Source: Tenericutes bacterium ADurb.Bin239 (lineage in GTDB: Bacteria; Bacillota_I; Bacilli_A; RFN20; CAG-826). From it: a stretch of DNA of 64,000 nt. Location: NCBI GenBank assembly GCA_002069815.1, contig MWCB01000002.1, forward strand, positions 4,716 through 68,715, written 5' to 3'. Positions 46,925-57,735 of the stretch are shown piece after piece. A program made the translations under genes and the position numbers. Position 1 is the stretch's first letter. The number at the start of each line of letters is the position of its first letter. The notes beneath the pieces were generated by a model. It did not search any database. It was not told the origin of the DNA and was given only the letters and a program-made list of their open reading frames with translations.

Positions 46925-49339
46925 GTGTATATGAGTCTTATTGAAAAAATATTCCGCTTTGAACAAAGGCGCTTAAAGAAACTAGAAAAAATAACCAAAA
47001 AAGTTTTAGCTTATGAAGATAAGATGGCCGCTTTAACTGATGAAGAACTACAGGCGAAAACACCAGAATTTAGAGAAAGACTCGCTAAGGGGGAAACATT
47101 AGATGATTTATTGCCAGAAGCTTACGCCACTGCGCGGGAAGCTGCACGTCGTACTTTAGGGCAATTTCCTTATCCCGTCCAAGTTACAGGGGCCATTGTT
47201 TTACATCAAGGCGATGTAGCTGAGATGAGAACTGGGGAAGGAAAAACGTTAACGGCCACAATGGCTGTTTATCTTAACGCATTAGAAGGTAAAGGTGTTC
47301 ATGTTGTTACCGTTAACGAATATCTCGCTGCTCGTGACGCCGATTGGATGGGCCAAATTTATCGTTTCCTCGGTTTAACCGTTGGTGTTAACTTACGTGA
47401 GAAAACAGCACGCGAGAAACGCGAAGAATTTTTATGTGATATTACATATACCACCAATAGTGAAGTAGGCTTTGACTATCTTCGTGACAATATGGCAAGT
47501 ACGGTTGAAGGCCGAGTTTTACGTGGTTTAGAATATGCGGTTATTGACGAAGCTGACTCTATTTTAATTGACGAATCAAGAACGCCGCTTATTATTTCGG
47601 GTGGTTCTAAAGTACAAGCTTCAAGTTATAACGTTGCCGATCGGTTTGTGAAAACACTGCGAAAAGACAAGCATTTTGTCGTTGATATTAAGACCAAAAC
47701 TGCAAACTTAACTGATGAAGGTAATAAACTAGCCGAAAGAATGTTCGGCGTTAATAACATTTATGATCCTCAATATAGTGATTTAGTGCATCGAATTCAT
47801 AATGCTTTAAAGGCAAACTATGTGATGACGCGTGATATTGAATATATGGTGGACGCTAATCGTGAAATTCAACTTATTGACCAATTTACTGGTCGGATGA
47901 TGCCAGGTCGTGAATATAGCGATGGTTTACATCAAGCCATTCAAGCTAAAGAAAACGTCACGATTAAAGAAGAAACAGTGACAATGGCAACGATTACTTA
48001 CCAAAATTTCTTCCGGTTATACACAAAATTAAGTGGGATGACTGGTACTGCCAAAACGGAAGAAGAAGAATTCCGTAAGATTTATAATATGCGTGTTATT
48101 TGTATTCCAACGAATAGACCCGTTATTCGCGAAGACGCAGTGGACCGAGTATACGCGCGTAAAGAAGATAAACTTAATGCCCTTGTTGATGAAGTTAAAG
48201 AACGGCATGGTAAAGGGCAACCAATTCTTATTGGGACTAGCAGTGTTGAATCAAGTGAAGAAGTTAGTGAATTATTAACGCAACATGGTTTACGACATGA
48301 AGTTCTTAACGCTAAAAACCATGCTCGTGAAGCGGATATTGTGGCTTTAGCAGGTAATAAAGGGCAAATTACGATTGCCACTAACATGGCTGGTCGGGGG
48401 ACCGACATTAAAATTAATGATGAAGTTAAAGCCCTTGGTGGTCTGGCGGTTTTAGGTACTGAACGACACGAAGCGCGCCGGATTGATAATCAATTACGCG
48501 GACGGAGCGGACGGCAAGGCGATCCTGGTTTCTCTAGATTCTATGTTTCTTTTGATGACTTACTAATGCGCCGGTTCGCTAGTGATATGATGCTTAATCT
48601 TGTTGAAAAAATGGGATCAGAAGCCCTTGAAAACAAGATGTTTACAAATGCTATCACTGGTGCGCAAAAACGAATTGAAGGACAAAACTTTGATACGCGG
48701 AAGAGTTTGTTAGAATATGATGATGTTTTAGCCAAACAAAGAGCCATTGTTTATAAAAAGCGTGACAGCATTCTCTATGCTGGTGACATTAAAGACTTAG
48801 TGCAAGAACAATTTACACTAGGCGCCCACTACTTAGCGAGAAAAGCTATTCCACTGACAAGTAAAGATCAATTAGTGGACGGTGTGATGCTTAAACAAGT
48901 GATGGAACCAAACTACTTACCCGAAGGATCGATTAATCCTTCCGCCTACGATGAATCACCAGCGGATGAAATTGGTGAAGACTTAATGCTTTTAATGTAT
49001 CGTCGTTATCAACTTCGGCGCCGTGATTGGGGTGAAGAACTTGCTGATCGGGTTGAACGCGAAATTACTCTACGTGCGATTGACCGCAACTGGACGCGGC
49101 ACATTGACACAATGGCGCATTTACGTGAAGGTATTCACTTGCGCAGTTATGCGAATATGAACCCGCTTCAAGACTATGTTAACGAAGGATATAAACTTTT
49201 TGGTGAAGCGATGGATGTTATCGCTGTTGAAACAATTTTAAACTTACTCAATGCCAAAATTAATGTAGCACCAACCGTTGAAGAAGGTGAAGAAGAAGGC
49301 AGTGAAGAAAATAAAGAAAAGGAAGACAAAAATAAATAA
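46925..49339 (+). CDS. secA: preprotein translocase ATPase SecA
   Basis: MRTGEGKTL is the Walker A motif. It has a DEAD-like motor and an 804 aa acidic C-terminus. Confidence 0.95.
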   Translation: MYMSLIEKIFRFEQRRLKKLEKITKKVLAYEDKMAALTDEELQAKTPEFRERLAKGETLDDLLPEAYATAREAARRTLGQFPYPVQVTGAIVLHQGDVAEMRTGEGKTLTATMAVYLNALEGKGVHVVTVNEYLAARDADWMGQIYRFLGLTVGVNLREKTAREKREEFLCDITYTTNSEVGFDYLRDNMASTVEGRVLRGLEYAVIDEADSILIDESRTPLIISGGSKVQASSYNVADRFVKTLRKDKHFVVDIKTKTANLTDEGNKLAERMFGVNNIYDPQYSDLVHRIHNALKANYVMTRDIEYMVDANREIQLIDQFTGRMMPGREYSDGLHQAIQAKENVTIKEETVTMATITYQNFFRLYTKLSGMTGTAKTEEEEFRKIYNMRVICIPTNRPVIREDAVDRVYARKEDKLNALVDEVKERHGKGQPILIGTSSVESSEEVSELLTQHGLRHEVLNAKNHAREADIVALAGNKGQITIATNMAGRGTDIKINDEVKALGGLAVLGTERHEARRIDNQLRGRSGRQGDPGFSRFYVSFDDLLMRRFASDMMLNLVEKMGSEALENKMFTNAITGAQKRIEGQNFDTRKSLLEYDDVLAKQRAIVYKKRDSILYAGDIKDLVQEQFTLGAHYLARKAIPLTSKDQLVDGVMLKQVMEPNYLPEGSINPSAYDESPADEIGEDLMLLMYRRYQLRRRDWGEELADRVEREITLRAIDRNWTRHIDTMAHLREGIHLRSYANMNPLQDYVNEGYKLFGEAMDVIAVETILNLLNAKINVAPTVEEGEEEGSEENKEKEDKNK

Positions 49340-50455
49340 TGGAGCAAGGGTATGTCATAAGGAAAGCTAATGAATTAAAGAAATTACTGGGCAAACTCAG
49401 TGACTCTCTTTGATGTTGCTGCTTTACAAAAGACAATTAAAACTTTAAGTATTGAGACAAATAATCCTTCCTTTTGGAATGATCAAAATAAAGCTAAAAA
49501 TATTATTAAAAAATTAAACGCGGCGAAAGAGAAAATACGAATTTTTTCGTTAGTGGAAAATACGGTTAATAACGCTTTTGAACTATTAAAATATGAGGCA
49601 ATTTTAAACGATATCCATGCTTTGACTGATTTGGGAGTTGAGATATATAATGCGCAAAAAGAAGGTGAAGTACTCGTTAATCTATTATTATTCAGTGGAG
49701 AATATGATGAAAATGACGCAACGATAAGCATTCACGCTGGAGCAGGTGGCACCGAGTCCCATGATTGGGCCGATATGCTCTATCACATGTACGCGCGCTT
49801 TTGTGAAAGAAATGGATTTGCGCTTAAAGTAGTGGATTATCAAGCTGGTAACGAGGCTGGTATTAAAAGCGTTACACTTATTATTGAGGGTCCGCATGCT
49901 TATGGGCATTTGCGTAGTGAAAAAGGAGTACATCGTTTAGTGCGTATATCTCCTTTTGACGCTAACAAACGACGGCACACCTCATTTGCCAGTGTTAATG
50001 TTGTACCCATCTTTGATGAAACCGATGATATTGTTATTAATGATAGTGACTTGCGTGTTGATACATATAGAAGTGGTGGCGCTGGTGGTCAAAATGTTAA
50101 TAAAGTTGAAACTGCTGTCCGGATTACGCACCTACCGACTGGTATTGTCGTCGCCTGTCAAATGGAACGCAGTCAATTAATGAATCGTGAAATTGCCATG
50201 CGTATGCTTAAGAGTGAATTATATCAGTTAGAACTTGAACGCCAAAAGGCTAAAGTAAGCGCCATTGAAGGCGAAAAGAAGATGATTGAATGGGGCAGCC
50301 AAATTAGATCGTATACGTTTGCTCCTTATACTTTAATTAAAGACCATCGCACTAATTATGAAGTCGGTGATATTGCTAGAGTAATGGACGGCGATTTATT
50401 AGAATTTATGTATAAATACCTCGAAATGGAGGCCAAGGAAAGTGAAGAAAAGTAA
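49339..50455 (+). CDS. prfB: peptide chain release factor 2, with programmed +1 ribosomal frameshift at CUU UGA
   Basis: Frame 0 runs ATG 49339 through CTT(49408-10)-TGA(49411-13) and encodes [24 protein letters not shown]. The +1 frame then continues from GAT at 49412 as DVAALQKT..., with the motifs SPF-like region and GGQ (GAGGQNVNK). Confidence 0.85.
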
Positions 50456-51410
50456 AATTCAATTATTTAAAGAAGATTGGCGAGTAATCGTTAAAAACTA
50501 CACTTTAATTGTAGCTGGTTCCATCCTTTTAGCAGTTGGAACGGGGGTATTCTTATTACCCGCTGTCCTTAATACGGGGGGATTAAGCGGAATTGGTATT
50601 ATTGGCGAAGGACTATTTAGTTTTGATCCTGATTTAGTTGTCCTCGTTATGACTTGGGTTTTCTTTTTAATTAGTTTATTATTCTTAGGATGGCGTTTTA
50701 CGATTAAGTCACTTGTTAGTTCTTTTGTTTATCCCTTAGCTCTCATTTTACTTATGCGTTTACCAGCAATCGCGACGGAGACCACTAAACTATTTGGGGA
50801 AGGCGCGGATATGGCCACAAAACTTATCGCTGGTGTTTTTGGCGGTGTTTTTAATGGTGTCGGTGTTGCCTTAACTTTTAGAGGGGGCGGTTCTACAGGC
50901 GGAGTCGACATCCTTGTTGTTATTTTAAACAAGTATTTGCGACTAAGTTATTCAATTATGTCATTTGTAATTGATGGCTTAATTATCGTAATTGGTCTAG
51001 TCGTATTAAAAAACGTTTTACTATCATTAGTGGGGATTATGAGTGCATTCGTCTTTGCGATTACTCTTGAATTTGTCTTTGTAGGTAAGAGCCACGCAAT
51101 GACAGCGTCCATTATTAGTCGTACCCACAGCGAAGATATTAATACTTTTATTCAAAATGAAATTGGCCAAGGAACAACGCTTGTTTCAGTTATGGGTGGA
51201 TATCAAAAAGATGAATACACCATGGTAGTAGTTCATTTTGACCGCAGTAATTACGCTAGACTAATTAATGGGGTTGCCAAAATTGATAAAAATGCATTCG
51301 TGAGTATTGAACAATCAACGGTTGTCCTAGGCGGAAAATTTGAAAGTTTAAAACCAGTCAAAGAAGGACTAGTCAATATTAAAAAGAAAGATGAAAAAGA
51401 TAAAACATAA
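50442..51410 (+). CDS. YitT-family membrane protein (DUF161 + DUF2179)
   Basis: Five or six TM helices ([33 protein letters not shown]) followed by a soluble C-terminal domain. Confidence 0.65.
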   Translation: MKKSKIQLFKEDWRVIVKNYTLIVAGSILLAVGTGVFLLPAVLNTGGLSGIGIIGEGLFSFDPDLVVLVMTWVFFLISLLFLGWRFTIKSLVSSFVYPLALILLMRLPAIATETTKLFGEGADMATKLIAGVFGGVFNGVGVALTFRGGGSTGGVDILVVILNKYLRLSYSIMSFVIDGLIIVIGLVVLKNVLLSLVGIMSAFVFAITLEFVFVGKSHAMTASIISRTHSEDINTFIQNEIGQGTTLVSVMGGYQKDEYTMVVVHFDRSNYARLINGVAKIDKNAFVSIEQSTVVLGGKFESLKPVKEGLVNIKKKDEKDKT

Positions 51411-53376
51411 ATTTGTTTTAGAAACAACGTTTACTCCTACGGGAGATCAACCAACCGCGATTAAAGAATTAGTCGATGGAATTAAACGTGGCGAGAAACA
51501 TCAAGTTCTTCTAGGCGCGACCGGCACCGGAAAAACTTTTACGATTGCTAATGTAATTGAAGGTATCCAAAAACCAACACTTGTTTTAGTGCATAATAAA
51601 ACACTTGCTGGACAACTATATGCCGAATTTAAAGCTTTGTTTCCGAATAATCGCGTTGAATACTTTGTTTCTAATTTTGATTTTTATCAACCCGAGGCGT
51701 ATGTACCTTCGCGCGATATGTATATTGAAAAAGAAGCAGTGCAAAACGCGGAAATTGAAATGTTACGCTCGGCCGCAATTAATAGTTTACTTGAACGAAA
51801 CGATACGATTATTGTTGCTAGTGTAGCGGCGATCTACGGTTTAAGTGACCCTGAAGAGTATAGTAAACTGGCTTTTAATATCGTTGAAGGCGAAGTTATT
51901 AATCGTCGCAACTTTTTAATTAAACTCGTAGATGCTCAATATACACGTAATGATTATGAGTTGCGCGCTGGTACTTTTAGAGTGCGTGGGGATGTTATTG
52001 AAATAATGCTACCAATTAGTGAAGATTATTTAATTCAAGTTGATACGTTTGATGATGTGATTGAGAAAATTCGCGAAATTGATGTTTTAACTGGTGAAGT
52101 GCGGAAGACTTTTAATACTTATCCTATTTTCCCAGCGTATGCTTATGCATCAAGCCGCGAACGCATTAATACCATTATTCCGAAAATCTTAAGTGATTTA
52201 GCCTCACGCCTAAGCTATTTTGTTGATCAAGGTAAACTCCTTGAAGCTGAACGGCTCGAATTTAGAACAAGACAAGATGTTGATTCACTTCAAGAATTTG
52301 GTATATGTCCTGGGATTGAAAACTACGCTCGGTATATCGACGGACGCAAAGAAGGCGAAAAACCTTTTACGTTAATGGACTATTTTCCAAAGAATTATTT
52401 ATTAGTAATCGATGAAAGTCACGTAACCCTACCTCAAGTAAGAGGGATGTTTAATGGCGACCGTAGTCGTAAACAAAACTTAGTGGATTACGGGTTTCGT
52501 TTACCAAGTGCTTTAGATAATAGACCGCTGCAATTTAACGAATTTGAAAATATGATTAATCAGGTAATTTATACAAGTGCTACGCCTGGAGATTATGAAT
52601 TAGATAAGACTGGCGGTGTAGTTGTCGAACAACTTATTCGCCCAACTGGACTTATTGACCCCGCAGTCATGATTAAACCAAGTGTGGGGCAAATTGATGA
52701 CTTGATGAGCGAATTAAATGAAGTAATTGAACGTGGCGAAAGAGCAATGGTTGTTACTTTAACAATTAAAATGGCGGAAGATCTTACGCACTATTTAAAG
52801 GAACATGGCTTTAAAGTTGTGTATTTGCATAACGAAACAAAAACATTAGAACGTAGTCAAATAATCTATGAATTGCGTAAAGGAAAGCATGATGTCCTAG
52901 TTGGTATTAATTTACTTAGAGAAGGACTTGATATTCCTGAAGTATCACTCGTGGCAATTATTGATGCGGATAAAGAAGGTTTTTTACGGAGTGAAAGGTC
53001 ACTTATCCAAGTCATGGGCCGCGCTAGTCGGAATGTAAACGGAAAAGTTGTAATGTATGCCGCTAGTGTGACAGGCTCAATGGAAAGAGCTATTGCTGAA
53101 ACAAAAAGACGAAGAAACTTACAAATCGCGTATAACAAGAAGCATGGTATTATTCCTAAAACAATTATTAAGCCGCTTGGTGAACCATTACATAACTTCG
53201 GTACTGAACGGGAATTAGAACGAATTAATAAAGGATTAATGACGCGTAAACAACTTGAAAAATATATTCGTGAAATCCGCGGAAAGATGAATGCCGCGGC
53301 CAAAGCCTTTGAATTTGAAAAAGCAATCGAATATCGCGAAATACTCTTTGAATTAGAGGGAAACATAAGAAAATAG
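51391..53376 (+). CDS. uvrB: excinuclease ABC subunit B
   Basis: GATGTGKTF is the Walker A motif. A beta-hairpin region, helicase motifs and a C-terminal UVR domain (EFEKAIEYREIL) are present. Confidence 0.95.
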   Translation: MKKIKHKFVLETTFTPTGDQPTAIKELVDGIKRGEKHQVLLGATGTGKTFTIANVIEGIQKPTLVLVHNKTLAGQLYAEFKALFPNNRVEYFVSNFDFYQPEAYVPSRDMYIEKEAVQNAEIEMLRSAAINSLLERNDTIIVASVAAIYGLSDPEEYSKLAFNIVEGEVINRRNFLIKLVDAQYTRNDYELRAGTFRVRGDVIEIMLPISEDYLIQVDTFDDVIEKIREIDVLTGEVRKTFNTYPIFPAYAYASSRERINTIIPKILSDLASRLSYFVDQGKLLEAERLEFRTRQDVDSLQEFGICPGIENYARYIDGRKEGEKPFTLMDYFPKNYLLVIDESHVTLPQVRGMFNGDRSRKQNLVDYGFRLPSALDNRPLQFNEFENMINQVIYTSATPGDYELDKTGGVVVEQLIRPTGLIDPAVMIKPSVGQIDDLMSELNEVIERGERAMVVTLTIKMAEDLTHYLKEHGFKVVYLHNETKTLERSQIIYELRKGKHDVLVGINLLREGLDIPEVSLVAIIDADKEGFLRSERSLIQVMGRASRNVNGKVVMYAASVTGSMERAIAETKRRRNLQIAYNKKHGIIPKTIIKPLGEPLHNFGTERELERINKGLMTRKQLEKYIREIRGKMNAAAKAFEFEKAIEYREILFELEGNIRK

Positions 53377-53456
53377 CAAAAGTTAACTAAAACATACAAT
53401 GTTTTCTTGAAATAATTTATAAATAGTGTATATTAATAAAGAACTGGAGGAAGATC

Positions 53457-53684
53457 ATGGGAGCATTAGATATTATCTTCATTATCGTATCAATCTTATT
53501 AATCATCATCTCACTTATGCAAGGTGGGAAAAGTGAAGGAGCATCGGGCGCTATTACTGGTAGCGGTCTTAATATTTTTGTGAAAACCAAAGAAAGAGGT
53601 AGTGAAAAAGTAATTTCCTATATTACTTATGGCCTCGCTATTCTTTTCTTCCTTCTCGCCGTGCTTGTTAAAGCGCTTGGCTAA
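53457..53684 (+). CDS. secG: preprotein translocase subunit SecG
   Basis: The 75-aa ORF begins MGALDIIFIIVSILLIIISLMQGGKSEGASG, the typical SecG N-terminus, and has two TM segments. Confidence 0.75.
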   Translation: MGALDIIFIIVSILLIIISLMQGGKSEGASGAITGSGLNIFVKTKERGSEKVISYITYGLAILFFLLAVLVKALG

Positions 53685-53706
53685 AAAATAAAAACACTTA
53701 AAATTA

Positions 53707-53730
53707 ATACCCGCGAGGGTATTTTTTTTG
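53707..53730 (+). terminator. rho-independent terminator after secG
   Basis: ATACCC-GCGA-GGGTAT hairpin followed by T8. Confidence 0.7.
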
Positions 53731-53784
53731 TATCTGTCGGACATGATTCTTAACTCATGCTATAATTTATTTTAAGAGGTGTAT

Positions 53785-54582
53785 ATGGATATTAAAACTT
53801 ATGTTTTAAAACGTAAACAATATTTAAAAGATAAAATAACTAGAGATGGCGGAACTCCAAGTTTAGCAATTATTCAAGTAAATGATGATTTTGCTAGCAA
53901 CAAATATATTGCCGGCAAAATTAATGACGCTAAAGAAGTGGGGATTAACGCTACGCTTATTAAACTTCCTGAAACAACGGCAATGGAAGTAGTGCTTAGA
54001 AAGATTAAAAAACTTAATAAAGATCCACATATAAACGGTATTATTGTTCAACTCCCTCTCCCTAAACACATTGATGAAAATATCATTAAAGAAGCAATTA
54101 GTCCAGCGAAAGATGTTGATGGTTTTCATCCGCTTTCACGTTTTAAAGCCTGCACGCCTTTGGGAATCGTTAATTATTTAAAAGATGAAGGTATTAAAAT
54201 AAGCGGAAAGAACGTTGTTATCATCGGCCGGAGTAATATTGTTGGAAAACCCGCTGCCCTTCTCTTTTTAGCAGAAGATGGTAATGTTACTGTTTTACAT
54301 TCACGGACCAAAGCCGAAGACTTAAAAAGATATGTCGCTAATGCTGATATTATCGTTGTGGCGGTTGGGCGGAAACACTTCATTAATGATGAGCATACGC
54401 TTAAAAAAAGTGCCGTCTTAGTAGACGTTGGTATTAATCGTAATGATGATGGCAGTCTAACTGGGGATATTAAACCTGGCCGTGGTGTCTTTTTACAAAC
54501 ACCAGTACCAGGTGGTGTAGGACTTTTGACAAGATTAACTTTATTAGAAAATGTAATGGAGGCATATTTACATGGAATTTAA
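53785..54582 (+). CDS. folD: bifunctional methylenetetrahydrofolate dehydrogenase/cyclohydrolase FolD
   Basis: KYIAGK..., GIIVQLPLP and VVIIGRSNIVGKP are FolD motifs. I chose the ATG at 53785, which has an AAGAGGTG RBS. Confidence 0.9.
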   Translation: MDIKTYVLKRKQYLKDKITRDGGTPSLAIIQVNDDFASNKYIAGKINDAKEVGINATLIKLPETTAMEVVLRKIKKLNKDPHINGIIVQLPLPKHIDENIIKEAISPAKDVDGFHPLSRFKACTPLGIVNYLKDEGIKISGKNVVIIGRSNIVGKPAALLFLAEDGNVTVLHSRTKAEDLKRYVANADIIVVAVGRKHFINDEHTLKKSAVLVDVGINRNDDGSLTGDIKPGRGVFLQTPVPGGVGLLTRLTLLENVMEAYLHGI

Positions 54583-55168
54583 AATTGAAAACGCAGTCGT
54601 GTACGGCTTAGAAAGAGCCGTCAAAGCAAGTGGTAACCCCATGCGTACAGAAATTGAAAAAGGACCACTACATGAAAAAGATATAAAACGGGCGATCGTG
54701 TTAGGAACGACCAAAGGAGGCGAAGGCCATGACAACTATCTAAAAGGGATTTTAGTGCATGTTGATGTTACCGCACCTTTCTACTGGTGGAAAGAAGCAC
54801 AACGCTATCACTGGTTTGACTTTATTAGTAGTCAATCGACGATGCACATGCTTTTAAAGTTTAAGATTGATGAACGTTGTGTGCCTGAAACAGATCAAAG
54901 AGTATTCCCAATTTTAGAAGAACTAGTAAGTGACTATAATGCGATTGCTGATGAAGATAAAGACGCTAAAGTTAAAGCTTGGCGCAAAATTGTTGCCACC
55001 CTTCCAAGTGGCTTTTGTCTAGCGGCGACCATGACCACTAATTATCAACAATTAAAAACGATGTATTTCCAACGGCGAAATCATAAATTAAAAGAGTGGC
55101 ATGTCTTTTGCGACTGGTGTTTAACTTTACCCCATTTTAAAGAATTCATAATTAAAGAAGGAAAATAA
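54572..55168 (+). CDS. hypothetical protein
   Basis: A 198-aa ORF overlapping the folD stop by 11 nt. I recognise no motif in it. Confidence 0.35.
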   Translation: MEFKIENAVVYGLERAVKASGNPMRTEIEKGPLHEKDIKRAIVLGTTKGGEGHDNYLKGILVHVDVTAPFYWWKEAQRYHWFDFISSQSTMHMLLKFKIDERCVPETDQRVFPILEELVSDYNAIADEDKDAKVKAWRKIVATLPSGFCLAATMTTNYQQLKTMYFQRRNHKLKEWHVFCDWCLTLPHFKEFIIKEGK

Positions 55169-55174
55169 TTATTT

Positions 55175-56401
55175 ATGAAGAAAAGCGATCTTAAGAAATA
55201 TGCGCGTCTTATTGTACGAAAAGGCGCTAATGTTCAAAAAGGGCAAGATGTCTTTATCACCGCGGAATTAGAACAACGCGAATTTGTGTTAATGTTAATT
55301 GAAGAATGTTATCGCGTTAAAGCAAATAAGGTTACCGTTGACTGGATTGATGACGATATTACGAAACTTGATTATAAGTATCGTTCAGTTAAATCGTTAT
55401 CATCGATGGAAAAATGGCAAATTGAAAAACTACAATACTATGTTGATAAATTACCAGTAAGAATTTATATTACTTCTGAAGATCCTGATGGCGAAAAAGG
55501 AATTGACCAAGAAAAACGGGCCAAGGCGCTGCAAGCTCGTTTTCAAATTTTAAAACCGTTTCGCGATCAAATGGAAAATAAATATCAATGGACGATTGCC
55601 GCGGCAGCGGGTACTAAATGGGCGAAGAAGTTATTTCCTAATTTACGACCAAAAGCGGCCCGTGATAAATTATGGGACGCTATTTTAACAACAAGCCGGG
55701 CTTATGGTGATCTACTTGCAAACTGGGATGCCCACAATCATCGTTTGAGTGAACAAGCACGCAAACTTAATGAATTAGGGCTTGTTTCGCTTCATTACAC
55801 TAGCAAAAACGGCACAAATTTGACGGTTGGGCTTATTCCTACCTGTCGCTTTTTAGCGGGTGGTGAACATACTTTAAATAGTAATATATTTCATAATCCA
55901 AATATTCCCACCGAAGAATGCTTCACGACTCCAAAACGTGGCGAAGCCGATGGCAAAGTTGTGGCAACAATGCCCTTAAGTTATCAAGGAGAATTAATTG
56001 ATGGCTTCTGGTTTGAGTTTAAAGATGGTAAAGTTGTGAACTTTGGCGCTAAACAAAATGAAGACTTATTACGACAAATGTTAGATATGGACGAAGGCGC
56101 TCGTTATATGGGCGAAGTTGCGCTTGTTCCTAAAGAATCACCCATTAATCAATTAGGCATCTTATTTTATTCAACTTTATTTGATGAAAATGCATCATGT
56201 CATATTGCCCTAGGAATGGGGTATAGCAATACTATTAAAGATTATGACAAATATACACTAGATGAACTGCGTGAAATGGGTGTTAATAGTTCAATGATTC
56301 ATGTTGACTTTATGATTGGCACAGATGATATGAAAATTGTTGGCACTACTCACAACGGGGAAAAAATAACAATCTTTAAAGAAGGGACTTGGGCGATTTA
56401 A
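55175..56401 (+). CDS. aminopeptidase, M29 (AmpS/aminopeptidase T) family
   Basis: About 408 aa beginning MKKSDLKKYARLIVRKGANVQKGQDVFI, with a C-terminal Glu/His-rich metal-binding region. Family membership is judged by eye. Confidence 0.65.
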   Translation: MKKSDLKKYARLIVRKGANVQKGQDVFITAELEQREFVLMLIEECYRVKANKVTVDWIDDDITKLDYKYRSVKSLSSMEKWQIEKLQYYVDKLPVRIYITSEDPDGEKGIDQEKRAKALQARFQILKPFRDQMENKYQWTIAAAAGTKWAKKLFPNLRPKAARDKLWDAILTTSRAYGDLLANWDAHNHRLSEQARKLNELGLVSLHYTSKNGTNLTVGLIPTCRFLAGGEHTLNSNIFHNPNIPTEECFTTPKRGEADGKVVATMPLSYQGELIDGFWFEFKDGKVVNFGAKQNEDLLRQMLDMDEGARYMGEVALVPKESPINQLGILFYSTLFDENASCHIALGMGYSNTIKDYDKYTLDELREMGVNSSMIHVDFMIGTDDMKIVGTTHNGEKITIFKEGTWAI

Positions 56402-57735
56402 TGAGCAAAAAGAAGAAATTTAGACCATTACGTTTTATTTTAGGAACAATATTTATCCTTTTAGGAGTTGTAGTTTTAGTGTTAGGAAGTTATGTTGGTT
56501 ATATTAGCCTTACCTATTATCGGATTGGCGACATTCATCTCCAAGTTTTAAATAATCAAACAACAAAGATTGCCGCAGGTGATATAGGCATAAAAGAATT
56601 TAAGATCACAACATACAATGTTGGTTTTGGCGCTTATGACCGTGATTATAGTTTCTTTATGGATGTGAGTGAATTTAAACAAGAATATATCGAATCGCAA
56701 GGAAATAAAGATAATACTGGTGATAGAGCTCACGGCGCAAGTAAAGCACAAGTAATTACTAATATTACAGGTGCATATGACACGATCGTTAATTTAGGTG
56801 ATTTAGACTTTATGCTTTATCAAGAAGTAGATACGAAATCAACTCGTTCCTATAAAATTGACCAATATTCAATTGGCAATGAAAAACACGTTGATTATGG
56901 AAAGTTTATTGGTCTTAACTACCATTCAGCTTACTTAGCCTACCCTTTCCATGAACCAATTGGTCAATCAAATTCTGGTATCACTACTTATTCCAAATAT
57001 AAAATTGATAGCGCTGAACGTCGTGAATTTAAAATTACCGATAGTTTCTTCGGCAAATTTTTTGATTTAGATCGCTGTTTTACCATCAGTGAAATACCAA
57101 TTGATGGTTCCGCGAAGAAGTTATATATCTTTAACGTCCATATGAGTGCCTATGATGCGGCAGGGATAATTCGTAAAGTTCAATTAGAACAACTTAAAGC
57201 GGCAATTACAGTTGCTAGAGATTATGATGGGAACAATAACTATGTTGTGGTAGGTGGGGACTTTAATCATGACTTGGTCATTGATAACCCACTTGTAAAC
57301 GACGCATATAAAGATAATATTTTCAACAAACAAGAAACCGCTATTCTTACTACTGATTGGTATAACTATTTAAGACTTGATCCAAGTAAGCATGGAACAA
57401 GAGCGGTTAACCTTATCAGCGGGATGGAAGAAGATTATGTTTATGACTTTAAAGATATGCATCTTACGAGCCACGGACCAGTAAATATTGGGACGTGTCG
57501 CGATGCCTCGATTCCTTTTGTGGATAAAAATAATAATGGCATCGTGGATAATGCGATGGTTAGTATTGATGGTTTTCTTGTAAGTGATAACATCAGCGTT
57601 ACAGAAATTAAAACTATTGGCAGTGGCGCTGGGCTCCAAACCGAAACATTACCCGCGAGTGATCCGCGATACGGCTTAGGGTTTGTCTATAGCGATCATA
57701 ATCCAGTGTTTATGAGTTTTAAATTATTAGTTTAA
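56401..57735 (+). CDS. membrane-anchored endonuclease/exonuclease/phosphatase (EEP) family protein
   Basis: An N-terminal TM segment precedes the EEP motifs KITTYNVGFG, GGDFNHD and SDHNPVFMSF. Its ATG overlaps the ampS stop. Confidence 0.65.
   Translation: MSKKKKFRPLRFILGTIFILLGVVVLVLGSYVGYISLTYYRIGDIHLQVLNNQTTKIAAGDIGIKEFKITTYNVGFGAYDRDYSFFMDVSEFKQEYIESQGNKDNTGDRAHGASKAQVITNITGAYDTIVNLGDLDFMLYQEVDTKSTRSYKIDQYSIGNEKHVDYGKFIGLNYHSAYLAYPFHEPIGQSNSGITTYSKYKIDSAERREFKITDSFFGKFFDLDRCFTISEIPIDGSAKKLYIFNVHMSAYDAAGIIRKVQLEQLKAAITVARDYDGNNNYVVVGGDFNHDLVIDNPLVNDAYKDNIFNKQETAILTTDWYNYLRLDPSKHGTRAVNLISGMEEDYVYDFKDMHLTSHGPVNIGTCRDASIPFVDKNNNGIVDNAMVSIDGFLVSDNISVTEIKTIGSGAGLQTETLPASDPRYGLGFVYSDHNPVFMSFKLLV

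Noticed and set aside
49400-50455. RF2 annotated as a GTG-initiated 351-aa ORF
   Set aside because: The GTG start is an ORF-finder artefact. The true gene starts at the ATG at 49339 in frame 0 and joins via the CUU-UGA +1 frameshift.
52866-53399. 177-aa minus-strand ORF
   Set aside because: It is antisense to the 3' end of uvrB.
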